From an uncultured Spirochaetota bacterium (GTDB lineage: Bacteria; Spirochaetota; Spirochaetia; SZUA-6; Fen-1364), in NCBI GenBank assembly GCA_963734545.1, contig CAVTHO010000004.1:320001-384000 (forward strand): DNA of 64,000 bases, read 5' to 3'. The notes beneath the pieces were generated by a model. It was not told where the DNA came from and searched no databases. It saw only the letters and a list, made by a program, of their open reading frames with translations. The position numbers were made by a program, and so were the translations under genes. Below are positions 33,606 through 46,942 of this stretch, piece by piece (position 1 is the first letter of the stretch; each line of letters starts with the position of its first letter).

Positions 33606-34829
33606 TCAGGAGAAGACCCTCCGAAGCCCCGGTATGGAGCGGACGAGCGCGGCGAAGAGAAAGCTCGCCGCTACGGCGATCGCGGAGACCACTGCCGTCT
33701 TGGCCAGGGGCGCTACCATGAACTGGTGCAGGGCAATCGAGACCGCTACCAGTATGGGCGCATGGAACACGTACACGCCGAAGGCGTTGCGGGAGAGGAA
33801 GCCTGCCACGGGGGAAGGGCCGTTCACGCGCTCGCGGTACAACGTGATGAGCCCGATGCTGATTGACACGCAGAAGAAGGACTCCCACAGGGCGTAACCC
33901 GCCGCCTGCCAGTGAAGCCCGCCGCCGAACGCGTCCATCGAGCCGGTGAGAGCGCCGCCCAGGCCTCCGAGAAGGAACCACGCGGGCACCCCGACCGCAA
34001 AGGCGAGCCGCAGCCAGCTCATGCCGAAGCTGACCGGGAGCGTGCGGAGCAGGTCCGTGCGCGCCACCCACAACCCGATGAGGAACAGCACCACGTACTG
34101 CGTGAACCAGCTGAACTGCATGTTGAGCCAGCTCGTCCCGATGGGCTGTACCATGCGGACAAGGAAGGTCACGAGCCCGATCAGGGCTATCACGGCGAGC
34201 ACTTTTCCATGCGTGAGATGTGCCGGCTTCTGCAGCTTGCGCGCCTCGACAGCCGCGGGCCCCTGAATCGCGTCCCCAACCAGCCGGACCAGCGCGTAGA
34301 GAATCGAGAAGACCAGCAGGGCAAAGGCGAACCAGAGCGGCCCGGATCCCGAAAGGAACTCGAATGATCCGATATAGCGCGCGTACCCGGCGCCGAGGGC
34401 CGCGGCCGTGATCGGCTGGCCTCGGGAAGACATCGCGAGCAGCTCGGTGAGCGGGTGGAGTATCAGCATGTAGACCAGCGTGGGAACGCCGAGCCTGAAG
34501 AGCCGGTCGCGCACGAACCTGCCGAACCCCTTGCGGTCATACGCCCGGGGAATGAAATACGCGGCGATCAGGAAGAGCATCCCCATGAAGAATGCCTGCG
34601 CGAAGCTCTGGTAGACGCTGAACACGAGAGTCGACGCGACCCCGAGCGACCCCGGCTCCTTGTAGTACCAGGAACCCATCCCGCTGTAGGTGACGCACGC
34701 GTGCATGACCACGACCATGCCGATCACAAGCCAGCGGAGATTGTCGATGAACGCCATCCGGGACCCCTCGGACGCGGCTGCCGCGACCCGGGTCCCGGTG
34801 AGCGTGGGACTGGAAACCAACTGTGCCAT
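33606..34829 (-). CDS. Acyltransferase-3 family membrane protein
   Basis: FIDNLR, FFMGMLFLIAAYF, RLFRLGVP, GPLWF, YVFH. SD AGGAGG before ATG 34829. Confidence 0.85.
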   Translation of the reverse strand: MAQLVSSPTLTGTRVAAAASEGSRMAFIDNLRWLVIGMVVVMHACVTYSGMGSWYYKEPGSLGVASTLVFSVYQSFAQAFFMGMLFLIAAYFIPRAYDRKGFGRFVRDRLFRLGVPTLVYMLILHPLTELLAMSSRGQPITAAALGAGYARYIGSFEFLSGSGPLWFAFALLVFSILYALVRLVGDAIQGPAAVEARKLQKPAHLTHGKVLAVIALIGLVTFLVRMVQPIGTSWLNMQFSWFTQYVVLFLIGLWVARTDLLRTLPVSFGMSWLRLAFAVGVPAWFLLGGLGGALTGSMDAFGGGLHWQAAGYALWESFFCVSISIGLITLYRERVNGPSPVAGFLSRNAFGVYVFHAPILVAVSIALHQFMVAPLAKTAVVSAIAVAASFLFAALVRSIPGLRRVFS

Positions 34830-35016
34830 GACTATCCTCCTGTCATTTCTGGACATGCCACAGATATAACGCAGGAGGCATGCTTCGCGCGTCGGGCGGA
34901 GGAATGGATTTTGACTGGTCACCTGGTCCCGGGCCGGCCTAGGTCTCAGGTCTGAGGCCGGAGTTGACATCCCGCTGCGGGGGAGAGATCCTTGGAACAA
35001 TACGATTGAGGGGTCT

Positions 35017-35252
35017 GTGGAAATCGAAGACGAGGCAATGGGCATGGCATTTGTGAGCGCACCGGTCGGCGAGGCGGAAGGAATCGCCCGCGAGATCGTT
35101 CTGCGAAAGCTCGCCGCCTGCGCGCAGGTGACCTCTCCCGTCAGCAGCATCTACTGGTGGATCCACCCCTATGAGCTGCCCGAGCTCACCTTTGTGCCCA
35201 TCACGGACGGGTCGACCGAGTACCTCGCCGGGTGGCGCAGGTTCTCGGATGA
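35017..35252 (+). pseudogene. cutA: CutA-like gene with an internal deletion and a 1-nt frameshift near its end
   Basis: KLAACAQ...SIYWW is joined directly to IHPYELPE...GSTEYL. One restored base gives EYLAWVAQVLG* with ATGA overlap into the next gene. Confidence 0.7.
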
Positions 35253-36737
35253 GGGCGCCTCTGCTCCTGCTCATGATTCTCCTTCCCCTCGCGGCCGCCG
35301 GCGCGCAATCCCCCACGCTCGAAGCGGGACGGGCCCGGCTCCTCTTCGACCAGAAGAAATACGCCGAGGCGGCTGTCATCCTGGAAAAGGTTGAGAGTAC
35401 CGGGAGACAGACCCCCGCGGACCTCATCCTTCTGGGCATGTGCTACACCGAGCTCCAGGCACTGGACAAGGCGGGCGCGGTCCTCGACATGGCCGCGCTG
35501 ATGGAGCCCCGCAGCGTTCCCCTGCTGAACGCCCGTGGCAACCTCGCGTTCGCCCGCAAGCGGTTTGGCGATTCCCTCGCGTACTTTCGGGAGGCCCACC
35601 GCCTGGACCCGGGAGACAGGAACGCGCTCACCGGGATGGTGGCCTCCCTGGCAAATGCCGGGGTGGAGATGTTCGGCCAGGGCAGGACAGAGGACGCGCG
35701 AAAGTCCTTTCTGGAGGCGCTGGAGCTCGACCCGCAATCCGTGCCCGCCCTTCGGAACATGGGCATTATCGAGCTGGAGAAGGGGGACCCGGAGGTCTCG
35801 GCGCAGTATTTCGAGAGGGCGCTCGCAGTCTCCCCGGAGAGCGTGGAGCTGCTCAAGCTCCTCTTCCTTGCCCGAAACCGGCAGGGAGACACCGCGGCCA
35901 TGCTCCCGGTCCTGGACCGCCTGACAGCGGCACAGCCGGCAGATCCCGAACCGCACGCGGTGAAAGGCCGGCTGCTCGAAGCGCAGGGGAAACAGGACGA
36001 AGCTGAAGTGGAGTTCCGCAAGGCGGTGGAAAGGGGAAGCCAGGATCCCCTGCCCTACCTGCGAGCCGGCGCCGCCCGGCGCGACCGCTTCATGCTCCAT
36101 GATGCCGTGGCAAAATCGGTCCAGCTCATCGCATCATTCGAGATCCAGGCCTCCCAGGCCATCGGCAAGGCCAGGAAGGGAGAGGACCTGCGGGGCGCGA
36201 AGCTTCTCACGACGAAAGTCGAAGAGGTCCGTGCGACACTCGCTTCATCCCTCAGCCTCCTGAGGGAGATCGACGGGGACGCCGTTTTCCAGGAGGACCT
36301 GTCACGGCTCCAGTCGTGGTATCCCGGGAGCGTGGACCTGTCCGCCGCGCTCGGCAGGCTCTTCAGGGAAAAGGAGCAGTGGGACAAGTCCCTTGCAGCC
36401 TGGCAGCGAATCCTCCGGGACCGTCCCCTGGACCGGGAAGCGCAGGAGGGCGTGGGCCTGGCGCTGGAGAAGCAGGGACAGAAGGACCTGGCAGTCATGG
36501 CATACCGACAGGGCACTCGAGCTCGATCCAGAATCCGCGGATCTCTACGCTGCTCTGAGACGGCTGTATGCGGGCAGGGAAGCGGAGCTCCGCCAGATCC
36601 TGCTGGACCGCAGCTACCGAGACACGCGAAACGCGCAACTCTTCCGGGAGCTGGCAGGCCTGGAAAGCGCGCTGGGCCTGGAGGCCGAGGCCGCCGTTCA
36701 CTCGGCGCGCGCCATCCAGATCGAATCAGGGAAGTAG
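35249..36737 (+). CDS. Exported tetratricopeptide-repeat protein (frameshift near 36510)
   Basis: Signal peptide MRAPLLLLMILLPLAAAGA. Repeated TPR ends ALELDP, AHRLDP, ALAVSP. The C-terminus continues in ORF 36393-36737. Confidence 0.85.
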
Positions 36738-36797
36738 TTCCGGTTTTTTTCGGCAAAATAGTTTACTTTTTAACTAAGGTATCTGTATTTTAGCGCC

Positions 36798-39700
36798 ATG
36801 CGAGGCGCGAGTGTGTTCGGCGACGAACGTCGAACACTCATCTCCTGGGCCCGTCGGCTCCTGCCCCTGTTGACCTTCCTGGTCGTGATTGCTGCGCCCG
36901 CGGTGGCACAGGTATCCAATCCCAGCTTCGTGCGCATAGGCCCTGGCGCGAATCAGGCGTACTGGACCGATCCCGCGCAATTCCAGGCGAACTGGGGGGC
37001 GTCGAGCTTCGGCGCCTCGGTCTCGAACTTCTATTCTTACGTGATAGATCAGAGCGCCACTGATCCTGCTTTCAACGTCGTGACTTCAGGGCAGACACCG
37101 GCCTCTCTCTCACCGCCGACGTCAGTGACGATTCCCGGGCCGGGCTTCGTGCATGGCCAGACCTACTACGTCTGGGTGCAGGCGCATGGAGTCGGGATCA
37201 GCTCGGCGCAGGTGGTTTCCCGTCCCTTCGTTGCCGACCTCGTGCCCCCGACCGTCACGACCAGCTCCTCGAGCGGCCCGATCAGCACCAAGGCGACGTT
37301 CACGGTTTCCTGGTCGGTGACTGCCACATCCGTGATTCCCATCGACCATTACGACGTGCAGTACCGGATCAACGGCGGCCCGCTCCGCCCCTGGCTCTCA
37401 CGCACCAAGCTCACCTCCGCGAGCTTCACGGGCGACAACGGGTCCTCCTATGCCTTCCAGGTTACCGCCACCGACGCGGCGGGGCTCACCGGCACCGAAC
37501 TCCACCACGGTGGCCATCAATGTCCTGGGCGCTTCGCTCGCGCTCACCGCCTCCCCCTCGAGCCTGAGCTTCGGCGGGACCGACACGCTCAGAAACCCTC
37601 AGCCTGGATATCGGCGCCCGCGGAGGCTCGGTGAACGTCACGGACATCCGGAGAGCAGGGCGTACGCGTCATGGCCGCAGGAAGACGGCGGATGGGAGGG
37701 CATGCCGTTGAGCCTGGCCAGCGGCACTGACCAGGTCATCACGCGCTCTGTCCTGCTGTCCGTGCTGCAGCGCAGCAAGGCGCTGGGCGGCGGCTCGACC
37801 GGGAGCTTCGACCTTATCCTGACTGTGCGCGGCAAGGACGGGATCGGAAACGACGTGCAGGGCTCGGTGACCGTGCCGGTTGCCGTCTCGAGCGCTCCTC
37901 CCTCCACGCTCTCACTGGTCGGGGTTTCGGTGGAGGTTCCCGCGTCGCCCTACAATCTCGGAGACACGGTGAACGAACGCACGCGTGCACCTCACCGCCT
38001 CCGGCACGGGGACCGTCACGGGACAGGTCCTGGTGGACGGCTCCACCTCGTGGTCCGGGCACTCCTGCCTTCACCGTGACCATTACGGGAAACACTGTTT
38101 TCGACGTCCTGGGAAACCTCCCCACCTCCGTTGCCGGCAGCCACACGGTGCGGGTGGAGATTTCCTCTCCCGTCAGCCTTTCCTCGCAGACCACCTACAC
38201 GGTGAGCTCCACGCCGCCCCCCTTCCCTCCCTCATCCCTGGACCTCATCAAGGGCGTGGCCCAGCTCACGGGCCTGAGCGGCAAGGCCACCGCGGTCTCG
38301 GGCGCCGGATACACCGACTACACCTTCACCGGCAAGCGCGACCCTGACGCTGCCGAGCCTGGCCAGCCTGAACCTTCCCGGCTTCACCGTCACCAGCCTC
38401 GTGGTGCGCATGTTCGACAACCTGAGCCCGCCGCAGATCAAGGGCGGGTCCGCCGAGATAGACGCCGGCGGAGGCTCGGCTCTCACGGACTTCGCCGGCG
38501 GCTATCTCAAGATCAGGAAGATCTCATTCGACTTCGGCAAGGCTGCCGACCACCTCAGCGTGGACGCCGCCGTGGTGATCCCCAACATCGCCCAGGAGCT
38601 CTTCACGGCCAAGGACATGGTCCTCGACGCCACGGGGATTTCCAACGTCACCCTCTCCCTGGACATGGGCCATGCGCTCTCCTTCACGCTCTTCGGCATG
38701 ACCTTCTCGATCCACGACGTCCTGGGCGGAGGGTCGGATGACAACAAGGCCATCGCCTTCGGCAAGGCGGATGGGCGGCAAGGGGTACTACATCGGCATT
38801 TCGGGCGGCATCAGCATGCAGCAGAAGCAGGGCGTCACCACCACGCCGAAGGACCTGGCCACCTTCCGCAACGTGGACCTGCGCTTCTACACGGACGGGA
38901 GTCTCGACGGCAACATCAAGCTCAGCTCGCCCTTTGACCTCATCCCCAAGGACCTCTCGCTGGATTCGATCGCCATTGCCCAGGTGGCCAAGACGTACAG
39001 CCTGACCCTCTCCGGCAAGCTGAAAAACCTCCCGGCGCCGCTGGACAAGACCGGGGACCTGCCCGTGTCCTTCACCATCGACACGAGCGGCAACGGCTCG
39101 GTCAGCATTGCCGGCCATCAACAAGCTGAAGCCGGGCGGCAAGGGACACAGCGCTCCTGGGCAAGTCCGATCCCACCGAGTGGGACCTCGGTCTTGCCAC
39201 GCTGAATCTCACCTATCTCTCCCTGGACCTCTCCTTCACGGGCGGGGTCCTCGACCTGGACCACAGCCAGGTCTCACTCGCCGTGGACCTGTACCTCAAG
39301 CTGCACACCAAGGAAGGGGGGAATCCCAGCGACGATGACAGGCGGATCAGCTTCGGGGACCTGGACAACGGCGGAAAGCTCCAGGGCGGCATCATCATCG
39401 ACCTGTCGGGCAAGGTCACCTGGTCGGTGCCCGGGCACATCGAGGTGCTCAAGGACAAGCGGCTGGCCTTCGGGCCTGTCGAGCTGGCTTTCGACAAGGT
39501 CTCGATCGATCCCTCGCCGTTCGCCCTGGTGATCACCGGTTCCATCGCGGTCGACCTGGACGGAATCTCGGGAGGCATCGATTTCGACAACCTGAAGGTC
39601 GGCCTCGACGGGACCATCTCGGACGTTGCAGCCGCCGTGTCCGCGGGCGGCGGGGGCAAGCTGTCCGTCATGGACGCGGTCTCCATCGAAGTGGACTCGG

Positions 39701-42700
39701 TTGCCTGGAGCAGCAGCCCCACCACCCTCACCCTCAACGAGAACACGAGCACCGGCTCGGGTGAGAACATGACGCCGAACAAGCAGTCGAACAGCGTGAA
39801 TGTCGACAGCTACTTCTCCATGAAGGGAGCCAGCATCACCCTCGGATCGGGCTCGGATTCGATCATGAGCGGCGGCTTCGACGAGCTCACCGTCTACACG
39901 CTGGCGGCAAAGGACGGAGGCGGCATCGGTTTCGTCGTCCGCAACGCCAGCCTTTCCGTGTCCGACGCGCTCGACGTGACCGTGGACATGGAGTACTCGC
40001 CGTCGCCCCTCAGCTTCCTGTTCGCCGGCTCGCTCAGCCTGCCCAGCGTGGGGGTCAACGCGTCCGCGGTCGGGAAGGTCGGGACCCTGAACGGAAAGCC
40101 GTCCTTCGGACTGTTCGTCATCGCGGAGCTGGGTCCGGGGATTCCCATCGGACCGGGCGTCTTCCTGGATGAGCTGGGCGGAGGATTCTTCGTCAACCCG
40201 AGCGATGACGACATCGCCCTCGTGCGCAAGATCGCCAAGTTCGAGCGCCCCGAGATGGGAGACGAGATCTCAGCCCGGCGTCCCGGGGGGACCAGCAACA
40301 GCCAGTCCTTTGCCCTGATGATTCTGGGCGGGTTCTCCGTGGCGGAGAAGAACCTCGTGAGCGGCCGCGCCCTCATGACCATCACCTCCAGCTACTTCAA
40401 CCTCGACGCGGAGGTGAGCCTCATCGACGGCCTTGCCGACGGGAAGGTGTACCTCGCCATATCCTGGAACCCCGCGTACGCGGAGGGCAAGATCACCGCG
40501 GAGATGGCCTTTCCCACGCATGACGATGCTCTCGTGAGCGGCACCGGAGACCTGGACTTCTACTTCTATCCCGGAGTCTGGGGCATCGACGGCAACATGC
40601 AGATAAAAGTGCTGGGAATCAACATCGCCCAGGGCGAGATGTTCGTCGGGACTCCCGGCTTCATGGTGCAGGCCACTGTCGGGGCCGGTATCGACCTGGG
40701 CATCGTGTCCGGGTCCGTCTCCATGGGAGGGATGTTCTGGTACTACGGGCCCACGGGGACCCTCGGGGCGTACGCCCAGGTGGGCCTCAAGGGAAGCTTC
40801 CTTGCGGGGCTCTTCTCCGCGGAAGCGAGCCTGGAAGGCGCGCTCATCATCACTCCCAGCTTCCTGCTCTACAGCGTCGGCTCGCTGTCCGTCGATGTGC
40901 TGGGCGTCACCGTGTTCGACGGAAGCCTCTGGTTCGCCGTGAGCGGCAGCGGCCTGGACGGCGGCGACGGGGAGGAACTCGCAGTACGATGAGTTGATCG
41001 CGCAGGCCAAGGACATGGCACACTCCCTCAAGGCAGCCAAGGACGCGCTTGCCGCGAGCCTCGAGCAGGCCAAGCTGCAGCTCGCCCAGCTCACCGACGA
41101 GCAGGCCGCGCTTGCAGGGCTCGTGCTGACCGAGCAGCAGAAGGCCGTGTTCGGCAATCTCCCGGTCGACACCGCGTTCGACCAGTACGAAACCGGGAAG
41201 TGGGGCGGCATGCCCGAGCCCTTCGTGACCATACGCGGCGTCCTGTTCGGGTCCCAGGCAAAGGCGCTCGTGCAGGCGCGGGCGCAGATCCTCAAGACCA
41301 AGTCCGATCTGGACAACCTGCTCAAGGACCTCGAAAGCCTCCGCAAGGACGTGTCCAAGCGCCTCTCGGATTACCAGGACCTCCTGGTGGAGGCCCTTCC
41401 CAGCATCAAGGACGTGGGGACGCTCGGCAATCCGTTCCAGGGCATGCAGCAGAAGACGGTGAGCGTCGGCGGGAAGACCAAGACGGTGAAGTCCGGGTTC
41501 GTGCTGGATTCCGCCAAGGCGGACACGCAGAAAGCCACGCTCTCCTCGGCGCGCGAGAGCTTTGCCCAGTACCAGGAGGCATTCATCGAGGCTGCCGGCG
41601 GCATCGACGCGCGGCTGCAGAAGCTGGACGAGATCCTGTTCCAGGGAGATGCCAACCTCACGACCCTGAACCAGCGCTTCGCGCAGATCCACTCCCAGCT
41701 CAGCAAGTTCACGGATGACTTCGTGCAGTTCCAGGGACAGAGCATTGCCTATGCCACCGGCGGCCAGCAGACGATCGAAGGCCTGGAAGGCAGCGTCCAG
41801 AACGCGCTGGACGCGAAAGCCCAGGCCGCCAAGGGGTCAGCGGCGGTTGCCCAGCTCCAGGCCTGGAACAACAGCAGGATTCAGCTCATCTCCCAGCTCG
41901 TGCAGGCAGGCGATCCTTCCGGAAAGCCCTACGCTCCCGACACGAGTGTCTCGCCGCAGGCGCTGTTCGACGTCACCGGCTATGAGCTGTGGTTCCACAT
42001 GCCGGATGCCGGGTTTGCCGCTTCCGTTGCCGCATCACAGAAGAGCATGCCGGACCTCATCAAGTCCTTCTCGAAGTCCTCCGCGACCCTGCTGAAGAAC
42101 TGGGGTGATGCCACCGACCTCACGGACCAGGTTTTCCAGCGCAAGGCCGACCTGTACGGGCTCCTCTACGAGATCTATGACCAGCTCGCGTTCTACGGGT
42201 CGGGCAACATCGGCATTGCCGGGGACGGAAACGCCGCTGGATTCAAAGGTATCGCGGCGGCAGGGCTGTCATTCCGCGCCAGCGCTCTCTCCAAGGCGGT
42301 GAGCTCGAAGTCCGTTGCGCTGCCGCAGGGTATGCTGGCGCCGACCACGCCCACGTTCGGGCCGAACAGGTCATTGCAGAAGGCCATACCGCCAGGGCCC
42401 CCGATCAAGCAGCTCCAGCCGCCCGGGCCCCCGATCAAGCCGTCCAATTCCATCAACCTTGCCCCGATGAGCATGGAGTTCGCGGAGCTTCCTGGGATCG
42501 GCGCAGGCTTCGGCCTCTCCCTCGGCATCCAGCTCAAGGAAGTGCCATCGGGCATGCCCTCCAAGGGAGTGCTGGACCGGTCCGTGATCAGCATTCCCTC
42601 CACCATCATCAAGCCGGTGGCCTGGGTGCCGGTCACCACTTACTTTGCGGCAAAGCGCTCCGAGATTGCGCCGTACCTCGTGATCCCCCAGGTGACCCTG

Positions 42701-44929
42701 ATGAACGGGAATGCCTCGAGCTCCAGCGAGCTCGAAGCGCTGCTCCACGCGAGCTTCAACGGGACTCATCCGGTCGGAGTGGTGGAGTACGAATACCGGA
42801 TCGAGCCCATCACCATCGACAAGGGGCAGGCGGAGGAGAGCCTGTACAAGAGCTTCTTCCACGTCGGCCCAAAGAGTGCTCTGCCCACGGGCATCACGAA
42901 TCCTTCTTTTGTAAAGAAGCCGCCTGTCTCCGTCCTGCCCGCGCCTGTTTCGATGTACAGCGTGTCTCCTTCCGTGAAGCAGGGCGGGCAGGTCCTCTCG
43001 GTGTCGAATGCCCTCAGCCAGGGCCTCAGTCAGGGCAAGGGAGGAGGGCCTGGCGCCGCCACGGTGCTCATGCCCGGGTCTCTGAAAGCCGCGATACTCA
43101 GCACGACCCCATGGCTGTCCGTGGGAGGCGTCAACGACATCAACTTCCTCTTCATTCCCCAGATGCAGGACCCCGGCACCTATGCGCTCTTCCTGAAGGT
43201 CCGCGGAGCAGGCGGCAAGACCATCATCCGGCAGGGAAGGTTCAAGGTCGGCTACGCCACGCCGGGACAGAAGGTTCCTCTTACGGGCGGAATGGACACG
43301 AGTGACACGACGCCGCCGACCACACCGGTGGTGACGTTGAGCGGCGCCGCCACCGCAAACAAGGAAACCCTCTACGCGAAGTGGAGCGCGGACGACCAGT
43401 ACTCCGGCATCCAGGGCTACCAGTACGCCGTTGAAGAATACACCGACCAGACGGCAAAGGCCGGAACCGGCGCCGTGCAGGGCGCGCCGCAGGCCGTGTC
43501 GCAGGGCGGGGGAAAGCTGGTGAACAAGGTCCTGAGTGTGCAGCAGGGGACGACCAGCACCGTGCAGTACTTCCAGGCCGGAGGCCCCATGGTCTCTGCC
43601 CAGGAAGCGGCCTCACACAAGTGGGTCGATGCGCAGGGCCGCACCGAGGCCAACATCCGCGGTCTCTCCCTCGAGCAGGCGAAGCGCTACGTCGTGTGGG
43701 TCATGGCCACCAACGGCGTGGGCCGCGCGAGTATCGGCCGCTCAGACCCCATCGTCGTGGATGCCATTCCCCCCGATCCGCCGCAGATCACCGGGTTCCA
43801 GCAGACCTCGGCGGACGGCCACGCCAACTCCGTGACCTTCACCTTCACACCGGGCACCGACGCGGTGAGCGGCATCAGCGGGCACTCCTTCGCGCTCGGC
43901 ATGTCCGACAAGGACCAGAAGGCCTGGCCCTGGACGGTGGCGCAGGGAACCGCGGCCACGATCGTGAACCTTCCCGTGGCCAAGGGTCAGCAGGTGACTC
44001 TCCAGGTGAAGGCCGTGAGTGGAGCAGGGCTCGAGTCCACGGCGACAAAAACAATCACGATCACCTACCCGGGAGCCAAGCCGCCCGTCCCCTCGACAGT
44101 GGTTGCCAAGCCGCAGAACTTCACGTCCGACACGTCGAAACTGGACCTCACATGGTCCGCTGCCTCGGATCCGGACACCGGCATCGTGGCATACGAGTAC
44201 GCGGTAGGCACCTCGCCTTCCAAGCCGGACGTGCTCAACTGGACACCGGCGGCAGGGAGCTCCACGCCCTACCTCCTGGGCCAGGGGCCGCAGCAAGGGC
44301 AGGGAAACCAGGACCTGAAGGCCACCGCCTCCGTCACCCTGAAGGACAAGGCTGCGTACTACGGCCTCGTGCGCGCCACGAACGGCGGCGGTCTTGCCGC
44401 GATCGGCGCTTCCTCCGCGGTGGTCGTGGACCTTGCGCCGCCCGATGTGACGCTGACGGCAAGGGCTGAAAACCCCGGCACGGACAGGATTGCAGTTGAC
44501 GTGAGCGCGAAGGATCCGGTCTCGGGAGTGGCCCGGTACCGGGCAAAGGTCTGGCAGATGAAAGGCCCGGTCTCCGAGCGCGAGAGCGAATCCGCAATCG
44601 CGGTTCCTGTCATGGGCTGGGCATCCCAAGGCACATTCCAGGGGACACTGCAGAGCTCGGGCGTCCTGCAGCTCGCGATACCTCCGGTGGGCCAGGCGTG
44701 GTACACCACGGCATGGCTGCCGGTCACAAACGCGGCGCCGCCCACCTCCGTCGACATTCAGGTGGTCATCACCGGCTTCCCCACGCCCGGCCTTGAAATC
44801 GGCAAGTACTATCGCGTGACAGTGGAGACGATGAGCGGCTCGGGTGTATCAGGGGAGAGCAACGCGGTAGTGATCAAGGTGGTGGCTCCCGCACCCTCGT
44901 ACCGGTTCGCTCCCCGGTTCATGAAGTGA
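36798..44929 (+). CDS. Very large (~2700 aa) exported protein: FN3/Ig-like ends, long beta-rich core, helical mid-region; about ten frameshifts
   Basis: Signal peptide ending AAPAVA-Q. Protein-like sequence continues through ORFs 36798, 37450, 37985, 38076, 38401, 38738, 39108, 39283 and 40994. FN3-like motifs DTTPPTTP, WSADDQYSGIQGYQYAV, SDPDTGIVAYEYAVGT. Confidence 0.75.
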
Positions 44930-44937
44930 AAGATGCG

Positions 44938-46942
44938 ATGAAAAAAACAATCCCCGTCATCATTGCGCTCCTCGCACTCGCCGCCGCGGGAGCATCCGGC
45001 CAGGCGCGACAGCCCCCTGCGTACGTTCTCTCCGCGGGAGACAAGGTCGTCATCATCCTCGGAGACGTGCCGCGAACCCTGACCGGGTTCACCGTGCTCC
45101 GCAGGGGACCGGGGGACGCCGACTACCTGCCCATCACCGACGAGCCGGTCCGCGCGGTGGACGACCCGTTTCTCGCCCAGCAGTTGATGGGGAGCGATTT
45201 CGAGTGGATCAGCCGGAGGGTGGAGACGGCGGACCCGGATACCGCCTGGCGGAGGATCCGGGCCCGGCCCGAGCTCGGCGTCGTTCTTTCCTTCCTGAGC
45301 AATGGCCTGCGGATGGCCCTGGGGAGGACCTACTTCGATCTCGCGGTGACCCCCGGGCAGACTTATCAGTACCGCATCATCCTTCTCGACTCACTGGGCA
45401 AGGAGGCGGGAAGGATCGACAAGCAGGTCAGCGTCAGCCCTGCCCGCAAGCCTCCCGCGCCCGCCCGGGTGACCGCGCAGACCGGCAAGACCGACGTGAC
45501 GGTGAAATGGGATTATCCGAGGTTCGCAGGCGGGGACGAAGACCTGACAGTGGGGTTTGCCGTCACTCGCCGGGGGCGCGGAGGGGATCCGGTCCTCGTC
45601 ACTCCTTCACCCACGCTCCGGATCGAAGGACAGCTCCAATTCATCGACGACGCGGCGCTGCTCGAAACACCCGTCATTTACACCGTGCAGGCAGTCGATA
45701 TCATCGGGACCTTGAGTGACCCGGTGAATGCGCCCGAGGTGACGCTCAAGGACGCCGCGCCGCCCATGGCGCCCCAGGGGGTCACGGCAGTGGACCAGAA
45801 GGAGGGAGTCCTCCTCGTATGGAAGATCTCTCCCGAGGCCAATGCGGACCACTACGAGGTCTACAAGAGCGGCTCCGAGGACTCGGGCTACCAGCTCATC
45901 AGCTCCGCGCCCATCCCTGTTTCCCAGCCCCGGTTCCTCGACACGAAGCCTGTCCGGGGCGTGGTGGCGTACTACAAGGTCGTCGCTGTCAGCAGGGCGG
46001 GGGTGGCGAGCGCCAGGTCCGCCGCCTCACCCATCATCCCCCGCAAGACAACGCCGCCGGGAGCGGTCACGGGCCTGCAGTTCATCGTGGACGCGAAAAA
46101 ACGAACTGTCTCATTCACCTGGAACTCCGTTGATGAGCCTGACCTGAAGGGGTACCTGGTCTTCCGGGGAGAAAGCAGGAACAGCCTCGTGCGCCTGACC
46201 CCCCGTCCGCTGGCTCCTTCCGCCAAACCCTCATGGCAGGACGCGGGCTGGCAGGGAGCGGGTCTTCCGTCCGGGAAGACACTCGTCTACGCCATTGCGG
46301 CGATCGACACGTCATTGAATGAAGGCACGCCCCAGTTCGTGGAGGTAGCCATTCCCGACACGGCTCCTCCCGGCCCCGCGCTCTCCCTCTCAGCCCGTTC
46401 CACGCCCGAAGGCCGCGCCTCGCTGGCGTGGCAGCCCACGGCCTCACGCAGTCTTGCCCTACACCGCGTGCAGCGGAAAGCGGATGCCGCGTTCGCCACG
46501 GTGATGGAGCTGCCCGCCGGGACCGTCACGTGGATCGATGCCACGGCGGCGAAGGGCAGGACCTACACGTACCGGGTCATCGAGGTGAACGGGCTGGGGG
46601 TGGAGAGCGCGCCGTCTCCCGAAGCCACGCTCACCGTGACATCGAGCATTCCCCCGGATCCCCCGGCCTCCCTCAGCCGCGGAGCTCACCCCGAAGGGTG
46701 TGGCGCTGACCTGGACGGCCTCCCCTTCCCCGGATACCCGCGGATACCTCGTCTACCGCGCGCCGTACAAGGGCGGCCAGTTTGCCCGCGTGACACCGGC
46801 CCCGATCACCGGCACGGCATGGACCGACGCGCAGGGAGGGAAGGAAAACCTCTACGCGGTTGCCGCCGTGGACGTCTCCGGCAATGAGAGCGCGCGGGCA
46901 ACCGCGCCGGTCAAGGTGCCGGGCGCGAAAGGCGCGCAGTGA
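44938..46942 (+). CDS. Exported multi-fibronectin type III protein (frameshift near 46680)
   Basis: Signal peptide MKKTIPVIIALLALAAAGASG. About five FN3 repeats (PPxxPxG...LxW...GYxVYR...YxVxAVD). Confidence 0.85.
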
